Source of the DNA: Nitrosomonas europaea
GTDB taxonomy: Bacteria; Pseudomonadota; Gammaproteobacteria; Burkholderiales; Nitrosomonadaceae
DNA: 32,000 nt
Assembly: GCF_900167395.1 (NCBI RefSeq)
Contig: NZ_FUWK01000007.1
Coordinates: 30,001-62,000 of the forward strand
Direction of reading: 5' to 3'
Position 1 is the first letter of the stretch, and each line of letters begins with the position of its first letter. Shown here in pieces: positions 18,305-26,909 of this stretch. The position numbers and the translations under genes were made by a program. Under the pieces are notes generated by a model. That model saw only the letters and a program-made list of their open reading frames with translations, did not search any database and was not told the origin of the DNA.

Positions 18305-19459
18305 ATGGCTTCACAGGGTTCCCAACCGTCGAGACTGGGCCTGGTTTTGACCGGGGGCGGTGCACGGGCCGCTTATCAGATAGGTGTGCTGCGGGCAATT
18401 GCCGAAATGCTGCCCCCGCACGCTCGCAGTCCTTTTCCGGTTGTCTGTGGGACTTCCGCCGGAGCAATCAATGCTGCTGGTCTCGCCATGGCTGCAACCC
18501 ATTTTTCTACCGGAATCAAACGGCTGGAAGCAGTATGGGGCAATCTGCATACTGGCCAGATCTATCGTTCTGATCTGATCGGGGTACTGCATAATGCGCT
18601 GCGTTATTTTGGCTCGATCGTGTCGAGCAGAATGGCAGGTAAACCCGTTTCGCTGCTGGATAATACACCACTCAGGCAGCTATTGGCCTGTCATTTGCCC
18701 TTCAGAGGGATACGCAGGAGTATTCATGCAGGGGCGCTGCACGCGCTCGGCATAACGGCCTGGGGGTATGCGTCCGGGCAGTCGGTTACTTTTTATCAGG
18801 CCAGTCCCAGCGTCATTCCCTGGAAGCGTGCGCAACGCATTGGTGTTCCTTCGCGCATTGGTATCCAGCATCTGGTGGCATCTGCTTCGATTCCGTTCAT
18901 TTTTCCGGCAATCCGGGTCAATCGTGAGTATTTTGGTGATGGCTCCATGCGGCAGCTTGCGCCGCTCAGCCCCGCATTGCATCTCGGCGCAGACCGCTTG
19001 CTGGTGATTGGTGTGAACGAGAAAAAGGAGACTGATTGCGAACGTACCAAGGTAACCGGATATCCGCCGCTGGCGCAGATTGCCGGGCATGTGATGAACA
19101 GTATTTTCGTCGACAGTCTGGATGTCGATCTCGAGCGTTTGCAGCGTATCAACCAGACATTGAGCCTGATTCCGGGGATGCAAGCAGGAAACGGTCCTGC
19201 GCTGCGCATGGTGGACTGCATGGTGATTACACCCAGCGAAAGGATCGATGAACTGACACAAGCGTATGCCAACAGTTTGCCGCGTCCGATCCGCTACTTT
19301 TTTCGTGCTGCCGGGGCAATGGGTCCGAAGGGTTCTGCCATGCTCAGTTATGTATTGTTTGAGGCTCCTTTTTGCCAGGCACTGATCGATTTGGGTTACC
19401 GGGATACCTTGCGCCGGCAGGATGAGCTATTTGCATTTATTTCCGAGCGACGGGAGTAG
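18305..19459 (+). CDS. Patatin-like phospholipase (RssA-like)
   Basis: Contains GLVLTGGGARAAYQ (oxyanion hole), CGTSAGAINA (GxSxG nucleophile), and FGDGS (catalytic Asp). I prefer the ATG at 18305. The ORF track uses TTG at 18290. Confidence 0.85.
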   Translation: MASQGSQPSRLGLVLTGGGARAAYQIGVLRAIAEMLPPHARSPFPVVCGTSAGAINAAGLAMAATHFSTGIKRLEAVWGNLHTGQIYRSDLIGVLHNALRYFGSIVSSRMAGKPVSLLDNTPLRQLLACHLPFRGIRRSIHAGALHALGITAWGYASGQSVTFYQASPSVIPWKRAQRIGVPSRIGIQHLVASASIPFIFPAIRVNREYFGDGSMRQLAPLSPALHLGADRLLVIGVNEKKETDCERTKVTGYPPLAQIAGHVMNSIFVDSLDVDLERLQRINQTLSLIPGMQAGNGPALRMVDCMVITPSERIDELTQAYANSLPRPIRYFFRAAGAMGPKGSAMLSYVLFEAPFCQALIDLGYRDTLRRQDELFAFISERRE

Positions 19460-19464
19460 AAAAT

Positions 19465-20184
19465 ATGGATGTGACCGATCCACAGTTCTGGATTGCCGTT
19501 TTTCAGATCATTGCCATCGATATCGCTCTGGGTGCAGACAATGCCGTGGTGATTGCGCTGGCATGCCGGAATCTGCCGGAGAATAAGCGTAATCAGGGAA
19601 TATTCTGGGGAACGGCAGGGGCGATCGGGATACGAATCCTGCTGGTCTTTTTTGCACTTCAGCTGTTGGCATTGCCTTATTTGAAAATTACCGGTGGTTT
19701 GTTGTTGTTGTGGATCGGCGTTAAACTGCTGTTGCCGGAGCCCGCTAGTGAAAGCGGGCCGGTTGTGAAAGGGGGAGCGACCACTCTACCGGGCGTGATC
19801 AGGACCATCATCATCGCCGATACGGTGATGAGTCTGGATAATGTCATGGGAATTGCCGGTGCAGCCAGGGACAGTCTTGCGCTGGTGATATTCGGCCTGC
19901 TGTTCAGTGTTCCCATCATCGTCTGGGGCAGCAAGCTGGTGATGAAATGGATCGAGCGTTTTCCTGTCATCGTCGTTATCGGTGCCGGTTTGCTCGGCTG
20001 GATTGCCGGTGATTTGCTCACAGGTGATACGATCAGTCAGGAATGGGTTGCAACACAGGCTGCCTACCTGCAATGGCTGGTGCCGGCAGCCTGTTCGCTG
20101 CTGGTGATCGGGACCGGAAAATGGCTGACAGCCCGGATACAGAAAAAAGCGCGGGCATCCATGGATTTACTGGGGAAAGATTGA
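19465..20184 (+). CDS. TerC/YjbE-family integral membrane protein
   Basis: 239-aa multi-TM ORF with the TerC-type repeated motif (LGADNAVVIALA ... MSLDNVMGIAGA). It starts 5 nt after the patatin stop, with a GGGAG SD. Confidence 0.85.
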   Translation: MDVTDPQFWIAVFQIIAIDIALGADNAVVIALACRNLPENKRNQGIFWGTAGAIGIRILLVFFALQLLALPYLKITGGLLLLWIGVKLLLPEPASESGPVVKGGATTLPGVIRTIIIADTVMSLDNVMGIAGAARDSLALVIFGLLFSVPIIVWGSKLVMKWIERFPVIVVIGAGLLGWIAGDLLTGDTISQEWVATQAAYLQWLVPAACSLLVIGTGKWLTARIQKKARASMDLLGKD

Positions 20185-20280
20185 ACCTGGAAACTGTTCA
20201 GTTGGATGCGCAGTGAGGCAACGGGTTGATCCCGCTAAAACATAGTCTGTGATGAAACACACGTGAAAGAGAGGTGCCTT

Positions 20281-20706
20281 ATGTTAAAAATGTTACTGCC
20301 GGTCGATGGTTCTGAAGCTTCCGGACGGGCGATCGAGGAGTTTGTGAAAAGGCTCGACTGGTATCGTGAAAAACCGGAGATTCACCTGCTGAACGTGCGG
20401 ATGCCGCTGACCGGTAATGTTTCCATGTTTGTCAGCAAGGAAGAGATTGGTGATTATTACCGCGAGGAAGGTCTTAGAAATCTGCAGCAGGCTCGCGGCT
20501 ATCTGGAAGAAAAGGGGGTTGCCTACCGGCACCATATCGTCGTGGGGGAAGTGGTGACCATGATCCTGCAATTTGCCGAGGAAATACAGTGTGACCAGGT
20601 CGTTATCGGTCCGCGCGGATTGGGTGCGGTCAAGGGTTTGTTGCTTGGCTCGGTTGCCAGCAAACTGATCCAGCTTTCGACTGTTCCGGTTTTGTTGCTC
20701 AAATAG
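20281..20706 (+). CDS. Universal stress protein (UspA family)
   Basis: Contains MLLPVDGSEAS near the N-terminus and a C-terminal VVIGPRGLGAVKGLLLGSVASKLI...PVLLLK. I prefer the ATG at 20281, which has an AGAGAGG SD. The track uses GTG at 20263. Confidence 0.85.
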   Translation: MLKMLLPVDGSEASGRAIEEFVKRLDWYREKPEIHLLNVRMPLTGNVSMFVSKEEIGDYYREEGLRNLQQARGYLEEKGVAYRHHIVVGEVVTMILQFAEEIQCDQVVIGPRGLGAVKGLLLGSVASKLIQLSTVPVLLLK

Positions 20707-20792
20707 CAGGAAATCCATCGTAATCCTCCATCTGTTAAAGCAAATGATCTGCCGGCGGTTGCCGTTAAATCCGGGGTGGAGGGTTCATCAAT

Positions 20793-21557
20793 TTGAAATT
20801 AAAAGTATTGGGCTGTGGCGGTGGAATAGGGAGTAATTCTCATACCACCGCAATGCTGCTGGACGAGGATATTCTGATCGATGCCGGCACCGGAGTCGGC
20901 ACGCTCGCGTTGGATGATCTGCTGAAAATCGATCATGTATTCGTCACGCATTCCCACCTGGATCATATTGCATTCATTCCTTTTCTGGTCGACACGACTG
21001 GCAGTCTGCGTGATCGTCCGCTGATCGTGCATGCTCTGCCTGCAACATTGGAATGTCTGCAGAAGCACATTTTCAACTGGCATGTCTGGCCGGATTTTTC
21101 CCGTATCCCTGATGCCGTCCGCCCCTATATGCGTTACCAGCCATTTGCGGTGGGTGAGACTATAGTGCTGGGTTCGCGCAGAATTACACCGCTGCCGGCT
21201 TGCCATGCTGTTCCGGCTGTGGGCTTTCAGCTTGATTCCGGTCAGGCCAGTCTGGTATTTACCGGTGATACCACTGCCAATGATGGATTATGGGAAGCTA
21301 TCAACCGGATTACCAACCTACGCTATCTGATCATCGAATCTGCCTTCAGTGATGTCAAACATGACATCGCGAGGCGTTCCGGACATTTCTATCCTGCCTT
21401 GCTCGCAGATGAACTGAATAAACTGCAGCATGATGCCGAAATATACATTACCCATCTGCGTCAGGGGGAAGCAGAGCTGACCATGCAGGAAATTCTTGCC
21501 AGAATCAGCCGTTTTGATCTGCGCAGATTGATGAGTAATCAGATATTTGAATTCTAG
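20793..21557 (+). CDS. Class II 3',5'-cyclic-nucleotide phosphodiesterase-like MBL-fold hydrolase
   Basis: 254-aa ORF, MKLKVLGCGGG.... The motif VTHSHLDHIAFIPFLVD resembles the class II cAMP phosphodiesterase signature HxHLDH. TTG start. The substrate cannot be deduced from sequence alone. Confidence 0.65.
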   Translation: MKLKVLGCGGGIGSNSHTTAMLLDEDILIDAGTGVGTLALDDLLKIDHVFVTHSHLDHIAFIPFLVDTTGSLRDRPLIVHALPATLECLQKHIFNWHVWPDFSRIPDAVRPYMRYQPFAVGETIVLGSRRITPLPACHAVPAVGFQLDSGQASLVFTGDTTANDGLWEAINRITNLRYLIIESAFSDVKHDIARRSGHFYPALLADELNKLQHDAEIYITHLRQGEAELTMQEILARISRFDLRRLMSNQIFEF

Positions 21558-21563
21558 GATAGA

Positions 21564-23957
21564 GTGAATATGAGCATATCTCTGGCTTCTGAAGCCGGTT
21601 CCGGCATCATCCCAGGCAATGGGATTCCGTCGGATTCTGCCGGGCGTTTGCAATCTGTGATTGACAGGATTCAGGCGGCGGGAAATGTTGATGAAATCAT
21701 ATTCGAAACAAGCCGGGATATCTGCGAGATTTTCAACGCGGATCGCCTGACGGTCTATACCCTCGGTGACGATAAAACCAGTCTTACGTCACGTGTTAAA
21801 ACCGGACTGGATTCCTGGCAGAATCTGAAACTGCCCATCAACGAACACAGTATTGCCGGCTTTGTGGGGCTGCACAAACAAGCCGTCAATTTCAGAGATG
21901 TTTATGATCGGTGTGAGCTCAGGGAACAGAGTGAATATCTGCGTTTCTTGCAGGAAGTGGACAAGCGGACCGGCTACCGGACCAAACAGATGCTTGTGGT
22001 ACCGATTCTGAATGCCGGTGATAACGATCTGCTGGGTGTGGTGCAGCTCATTAACAACAAGGCCGATGAACCTTTCTCGCAAAGGGTTGTGGATGAATTG
22101 AGTGAAATCTGCCAGGCGTTGGCAGTCGCCATCAGGCAGCGCCAGATGCAGCAGTTACTGGGCAGAACCCGTTATGATCAGTTGATCGTCAATGCCTTGA
22201 TCAGTGCCAGCGAATTTGAGTTGGCAACCAGGCAGGCGCGTGAAACAGGCCGCGATCTGGAAGATGTGCTGATCGATGAATTCGGCATCAGTGTGACGCA
22301 GGTGGGTGGAGCACTGGCTGTCTTCTTTGGCGTGAGATATGAACGATACCGGCCGGATCGGATCAAGCCGATGGACCTGCTCAAGAATCTCAAACGTGAA
22401 TTTGTCGAGAGCAACAGTTGGCTGCCGATCGATGATGGAACTGAAGGGTTGATGGTGCTAACCCTGGATCCCGAACGTATCAGAGCATTACGTATCGTCA
22501 ACCAGATTTTTCCAAAGCGCAAGATCATCTACGCGGTTTGTACCCGGCGTGAATTTCAGGCCATGCTGGATCTGTTTTATGGCGGTAATGAAACCGAGAA
22601 TCTGGGTGGCAGCATCGATGAAATGCTTTCCAATCTGGGTGAGGGCGATGGCGGGGAAGAAACCAGAGAGACTGATACGGATGAAGCTTCCGCTGCGGCG
22701 GATAACGAACTGGTCAAACTGGTCAACCGCATCATCATGGATGCCTATAAAACAGGTGCTTCGGATATTCATGTCGAACCCTTGCCGGGTAAGGGGAAAA
22801 CCAGTATTCGCTTCCGCAAGGATGGTTCACTGATGCCCTATATCGAAATTCCAGCCAGTTATCGCAATCCGCTGGTGACCCGTATCAAGATCATGTGTGA
22901 TCTCGATATTTCAGAAAAGCGTAAACCGCAGGATGGCAAGATCAAGTTTCGCAAGTTTGCGCCTCTTGATATCGAGCTTCGGGTCGCGACGATTCCTTCG
23001 GCTGGCGGTGTGGAAGACGTAGTGATGCGTATTCTGGCGGCTGGTGAGCCGATTCCACTGGAGAAAATGGGATTTACCTCCTTCAACCTGGAACGGCTGA
23101 AATCGATCATCAGTAAGCCTTACGGGCTGTTCTTCGTCTGCGGTCCGACGGGTTCCGGTAAAACGACGACGCTGCATTCCATTCTCAAATATCTGAACCG
23201 GCCGGAAACCAAAATCTGGACGGCGGAAGATCCGGTTGAAATTACGCAGAAAGGATTGCGTCAGGTGCAGATCAACCCGAAAGCCGGCCTGACATTCGCC
23301 ACGATCATGAAATCCTTTCTGCGGGCAGACCCCGATATCATCATGGTGGGTGAAATGCGTGACAAGGAAACAACCAGTATCGGCATCGAGGCTTCGCTTA
23401 CCGGACATCTGGTTTTCGCAACCCTGCACACCAACAGTGCACCCGAATCCATCATCCGTTTGCTGGATATGGGCATGGATCCGTTCAATTTTGCTGATGC
23501 GTTGCTCGGGATTCTGGCGCAACGTCTGGCCAAGCGACTGTGCAAATGTAAAAAACCTCACGTGGCCAGTCGGGAGGAAATTCGCGCGCTGCTGGTAGAG
23601 TATTGTGAAGAACTGAAGAATATCGGGAGCTTCAAGGCCGATCCTGATGCAGCCTGCCGTGAAATCGAATCTCGCTGGGTTCAGCAGTATGGCGATGAAA
23701 ACGGGCAGATTACCCTGTATGAGCCGGTTGGTTGTGAGCACTGTACACAAACGGGCTATGCTGGCCGGGTGGGTTTGCATGAATTGCTGACTGCCACCGA
23801 CGCACTCAAGAAAAATATACAGGAACACGCACGTGTTGCTGAAATGCTGGTAACCGCATTGCATGACGGTATGCGTACCCTGAAACAGGACGGGATAGAA
23901 AAAGTGTTGCAGGGAATTACCGACATTCATCAGGTGCGGGCGGTGTGTATCAAATGA
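21564..23957 (+). CDS. GAF domain + T2SSE_N-like domain + GspE/PilB-family (type II/IV secretion) ATPase
   Basis: 797-aa ORF.
- Residues ~40-190 look GAF-like.
- Residues ~203-260 resemble the helical T2SSE_N domain.
- C-terminal ATPase: Walker A FVCGPTGSGKTTT, Walker B/Asp box IIMVGEMRD, His box TGHLVFATLHTN, and Cys pairs CKC...CEHC.

The GTG at 21564 or the ATG at 21570 lies 6-12 nt after the upstream stop. Confidence 0.9.
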   Translation: MNMSISLASEAGSGIIPGNGIPSDSAGRLQSVIDRIQAAGNVDEIIFETSRDICEIFNADRLTVYTLGDDKTSLTSRVKTGLDSWQNLKLPINEHSIAGFVGLHKQAVNFRDVYDRCELREQSEYLRFLQEVDKRTGYRTKQMLVVPILNAGDNDLLGVVQLINNKADEPFSQRVVDELSEICQALAVAIRQRQMQQLLGRTRYDQLIVNALISASEFELATRQARETGRDLEDVLIDEFGISVTQVGGALAVFFGVRYERYRPDRIKPMDLLKNLKREFVESNSWLPIDDGTEGLMVLTLDPERIRALRIVNQIFPKRKIIYAVCTRREFQAMLDLFYGGNETENLGGSIDEMLSNLGEGDGGEETRETDTDEASAAADNELVKLVNRIIMDAYKTGASDIHVEPLPGKGKTSIRFRKDGSLMPYIEIPASYRNPLVTRIKIMCDLDISEKRKPQDGKIKFRKFAPLDIELRVATIPSAGGVEDVVMRILAAGEPIPLEKMGFTSFNLERLKSIISKPYGLFFVCGPTGSGKTTTLHSILKYLNRPETKIWTAEDPVEITQKGLRQVQINPKAGLTFATIMKSFLRADPDIIMVGEMRDKETTSIGIEASLTGHLVFATLHTNSAPESIIRLLDMGMDPFNFADALLGILAQRLAKRLCKCKKPHVASREEIRALLVEYCEELKNIGSFKADPDAACREIESRWVQQYGDENGQITLYEPVGCEHCTQTGYAGRVGLHELLTATDALKKNIQEHARVAEMLVTALHDGMRTLKQDGIEKVLQGITDIHQVRAVCIK

Positions 23958-24256
23958 TGTCGTGGCAGTGGTGTTTTGTTAGTGTGAACATGCCCTGCTG
24001 GTAATTTCAGTACAACCGGTTCCTGCTCTTGTCCTGCTGGTAGCCATGAATGTCTGGCTTGCAGCATGGCTGGATAACCGGCGTGGTTTTCCCCTAATTC
24101 CTTCTTTTGCTTTGAATAGATTCTGCTAGTCTTGCTGATGCAGAATGCATGCTTCGGGATGATGTTCTTCCAGGCTCACAATGGTGCTCCCCAGGCAGCC
24201 TTCCGGATATTTCCGGGTGATTACGACGATTGCAGTGAAGTTTCAGGAGGATAATC

Positions 24257-25075
24257 ATGCAGATTTCAGATGACAAAAAGATATTACAGCTGGTCAAATC
24301 TTCGACTGCCAGTAAGAAGAGGGCGAGGGGGACGGTAAAAGGCCGGAATCCGGTGATCGGTGCAGATGAGTATGGTCAACAGGTCGAGCAGTACGCGCGT
24401 CGTATCCGGGAGACCAGTGATGTAAACGAGATTATCAATATTCTGGATACCGTGCTGGGAGAAACCCGGAATCTGCGTTACAGCAATGAGGTATATAGTG
24501 CGCAGGAACAGGTACGGCTTGCAGAAAAGCAGATCGAATCACTCAAACTGGAGCTGGAGCAACTGCGGGAGCTGATACATTACGATCCCATGACTGGCGC
24601 ATTCAATCGGCGTGGCCTGGATGCTGTTTATGTGCGAGAGGCGGCGCGTGCTGACCGAAACGAGAACACACTGTGTGCGGTTATGCTTGATCTGGATGAC
24701 TTCAAGCAGATCAATGATACCTATGGTCATCAGTTTGGTGATGATGTTCTGGTTCATTTTGTGACGGTTGCAAAGAAATCATTACGGCCAAGTGATGTGG
24801 TCGCTCGTTATGGCGGCGAAGAATTTGTCGTATTGCTGCCGGATACCACGCTGGAATCGGCAGTCTGGGTGATGCAGCGTCTGCAGAATAACTTTTCCAG
24901 GAAAGTATTATCGGATATGGAGGGTAATTCCGTTCCGGTGACCTTTAGCGGGGGCGTTGTTTCCCGGCAGTTTCGCGAAGGTCAGAAGTCTTTGCTCAAA
25001 CGTGCGGATGAGGCACTTTATCAGGCTAAGCAATCCGGTAAGAGCCGCGTAATGATTACACCTGTTAATGAGTGA
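24257..25075 (+). CDS. GGDEF-domain diguanylate cyclase with I-site and N-terminal coiled coil
   Basis: The active site is RYGGEEF, and RPSD sits 5 residues upstream (canonical RxxD I-site spacing). DPMTGAFNRRG marks the start of the domain. The N-terminal ~110 aa have a coiled-coil segment (LKLELEQLREL). A strong AGGAGGA SD precedes the ATG. Confidence 0.9.
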   Translation: MQISDDKKILQLVKSSTASKKRARGTVKGRNPVIGADEYGQQVEQYARRIRETSDVNEIINILDTVLGETRNLRYSNEVYSAQEQVRLAEKQIESLKLELEQLRELIHYDPMTGAFNRRGLDAVYVREAARADRNENTLCAVMLDLDDFKQINDTYGHQFGDDVLVHFVTVAKKSLRPSDVVARYGGEEFVVLLPDTTLESAVWVMQRLQNNFSRKVLSDMEGNSVPVTFSGGVVSRQFREGQKSLLKRADEALYQAKQSGKSRVMITPVNE

Positions 25076-25081
25076 CATTTA

Positions 25082-26324
25082 ATGGAGAATATTTTTCTGG
25101 GTAAGCAGCCGATTCTGGATCGTAATCAGAATCTGGTTGCCTATGAGTTCCTGTTCCGGACAACAGAGGATAATCAGGCAAATGTTTCGGATGGTTTCCG
25201 TGCTTCTGCCAATGTAGTGGTGAATGTGTACGGTCACCTCGGGATTCAGCAGGTGCTGGGTAATCTGCGCGGATTCATCAACGTCAACCATGAGCTGCTT
25301 CTGGATGATGCAGTTTTGTTGCTGCCCAGTAAACATGTGGTGCTGGAACTGCTGGAAACGATTTCTGCCACACCTGAAGTAGTGCAGCGTTGTATCGAGC
25401 TGAAACAGATGGGATACCAGCTTGCGCTGGATGATGTGACCCGGATTGATGACAGAATCGGACCATTGCTTCCGATCATCAATGTGGTCAAGGTTGATGT
25501 GCTGGCGCTGACTGATAATGAAATCATCGACTTGATCCAGAAACTGAGAGCATGGCCGGTCATCCCGCTGGCAGAGAAAGTGGATAGCCCAGAACGTGCC
25601 AGAATGTGCATGGACTTGGGGTTCGAGATGTTTCAAGGTTATTTTTTTTGCCAGGCCGGTAATTGTTTCCGGTGGCAAGATCGAATCCGGAAGATTATCT
25701 CTTCTGCGATTGCTGTCGCTGGTGATGCGCGATGCGGAGATCGAGGAAATAGAACAGCTGCTCAAGCATGAACCGGGTTTGAGTTACAGTCTTTTGCGAA
25801 TGGTCAATTCGGTAGCGGCAGCATTGCCGCAGAAAATCGGTTCCATACGGCAGGCTATCATCGCGATGGGTTACCGGCCTTTGAAAAGGTGGGTTCAGTT
25901 ACTGCTGTATGCTGCGGATCCTTCCGGAGAACTGAACGAGGCCAATGCGCTGATGCAAACCGCAGCTATCCGTGGAAGACTGATGGAACTGATTGCAACC
26001 ATTGATCGCCCGCATGACAAAAATTACCAGGATCGAGCTTTCATGACCGGGATAATGTCTTTGCTGGACACGCTGTTTAGTATGGAAATTCAGCAGATCG
26101 TGGATAAGCTGGAAATGCCGGATGAAGTGATTCGTGCCCTGGTGCATCGTGAAGGTCGGCTTGGTTGTAAGCTGCGGCTGATCGAAGCCAGAGAAAAAGG
26201 AAATGCAGAACAGGTCGAGAAAGCCATGGCGGAACTCGAATTTCTCGATCGGCCTGATCTGGTAAAAGCAGATCTCGATGTTCTGGATTGGGCCAACCAT
26301 ATCAATCGGCCGGCCTCATCCTGA
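25082..26324 (+). pseudogene. EAL-HDOD two-domain c-di-GMP signalling protein (COG3434 / YuxH-CdgJ type) interrupted by a +1 frameshift
   Basis: Two overlapping ORFs lie in different frames (25082..25771 and 25596..26324).
- Frame A carries the EAL-like domain (YEFLFR, VLELLET, ALDDV, VKVD, LAEKVD, FQGYFF).
- Frame B continues with ARPVIVSGGKIES...LLRLLSL and the HDOD core (DPGLSYSLLRMVNS-like: EPGLSYSLLRMVNSVAA...IGSIRQAIIAMG).

Joining the frames at the T run gives a ~413-aa protein with the conserved FQGYFFARP junction. Confidence 0.8.
25642..25649 (+). repeat. T8 homopolymer at the EAL-HDOD frameshift site
   Basis: Frame A reads tat ttt ttt tgc and frame B reads att ttt ttt gcc. Both place 8 consecutive T at 25642-25649. 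T7 or T10 would restore a single reading frame. Confidence 0.9.
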
Positions 26325-26606
26325 TCGATGCGGGTTTGTCTGTTGAGTTCTTCCTGCATGATAGCCATGTACGTGGAGCACAATCCTCAGGCCCGGTTAG
26401 GTCGTGTTGTTACTAAAATAGTTACTTCCATTGTAAAAAAATCTGGGTTAGAATCATCTTCAGCTTTATGGGTTTGTAGAGGTAAGAAGGTACATAAAGT
26501 GAGTAATGCCGGGTACTTGGACTAAAAAGTCACCGTCCGTTTCCCGCGCGAATGGGAGTTTATCCGAGGCAGGATAAAGAGTTTAACTATATTAGGAGGA
26601 TAAAGC

Positions 26607-26747
26607 ATGGGATACAGTGATGCAGCGACAACCCAGAGAGAAATCGAAAAAAATAGTGGAGCATGGAAAGTAATTTTGGTTAGTACAGCAGCTTTTATTG
26701 TAATCGGAGCTATAATCTGGTTCGGTGGAATCGGCGGCAAATACTAA
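26607..26747 (+). CDS. Hypothetical 46-aa single-TM membrane peptide (below the ORF-track size cut-off)
   Basis: AGGAGGA (26594-26600) is followed by a 6-nt spacer and then the ATG. The translation is [46 protein letters not shown]: a polar N-terminus followed by one hydrophobic helix. The TAA stop at 26745-26747 is followed by a hairpin and T tract. I recognise no homology. Confidence 0.45.
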
Positions 26748-26770
26748 TATTTACCCCTTGTACCATATTC

Positions 26771-26812
26771 AGGCAATCTGGGTCCCGTTGGGTCCAGGTT
26801 GCCTTGTTTTTT
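26771..26812 (+). terminator. Rho-independent terminator candidate downstream of the small ORF
   Basis: AGGCAATCTGG (26771-26781) pairs with CCAGGTTGCCT (26794-26804), giving 11 bp including one G-U pair. The stem is followed by TGTTTTTT (26805-26812). There is no U tract on the opposite strand, so it is not an obvious terminator for fumC. Confidence 0.55.
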
Positions 26813-26909
26813 GGGAAGCCGATTTTGTTAAAATTGCTGCCTTATCCGTACGGGCTCAGTAACTCTCAGTAAGTTTTCCTCTTCCTCCTTCTTAAGCAAT
26901 TCTTCTTTT

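Noticed and set aside
18033-18467. 144-aa minus-strand ORF spanning the pip/patatin intergenic region.
   Set aside because: It overlaps the patatin start by >150 nt, has no motifs, and has a basic/proline-rich low-complexity translation. The region is better explained as non-coding.
22170-22343. Possible MshEN-type c-di-GMP binding site in the T2SSE_N-like region of the ATPase.
   Set aside because: The region aligns with the helical T2SSE_N pattern. However, the published RLGxx(L/V/I)(L/V/I)xxG(L/V/I)(L/V/I)xxxxLxxxLxxQ consensus is degenerate here: RYDQLIVNALIS lacks both Gly and the Leu-Gly pair. c-di-GMP binding therefore cannot be inferred.
22911-23930. 339-aa minus-strand ORF antisense to the GspE-type ATPase domain. 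Similar cases are 12672..13565 antisense to bioB and 29577..30218 antisense to smc.
   Set aside because: These are shadow ORFs opposite highly conserved coding sequence, with no motifs and no translation signals.
25079-25765. 228-aa minus-strand ORF that mirrors the EAL ORF almost end to end.
   Set aside because: The coincidence in length is striking, but the plus strand encodes recognisable EAL-type motifs and the minus-strand product has none. I treat it as an antisense shadow.
26328-26740. The track ORFs 26328..26525 (plus strand, 65 aa) and 26522..26740 (minus strand, 72 aa) in the AT-rich gap.
   Set aside because: Neither has an SD or recognisable features. The minus-strand ORF starts on TTG and is antisense to the small ORF, which has a consensus SD and terminator.
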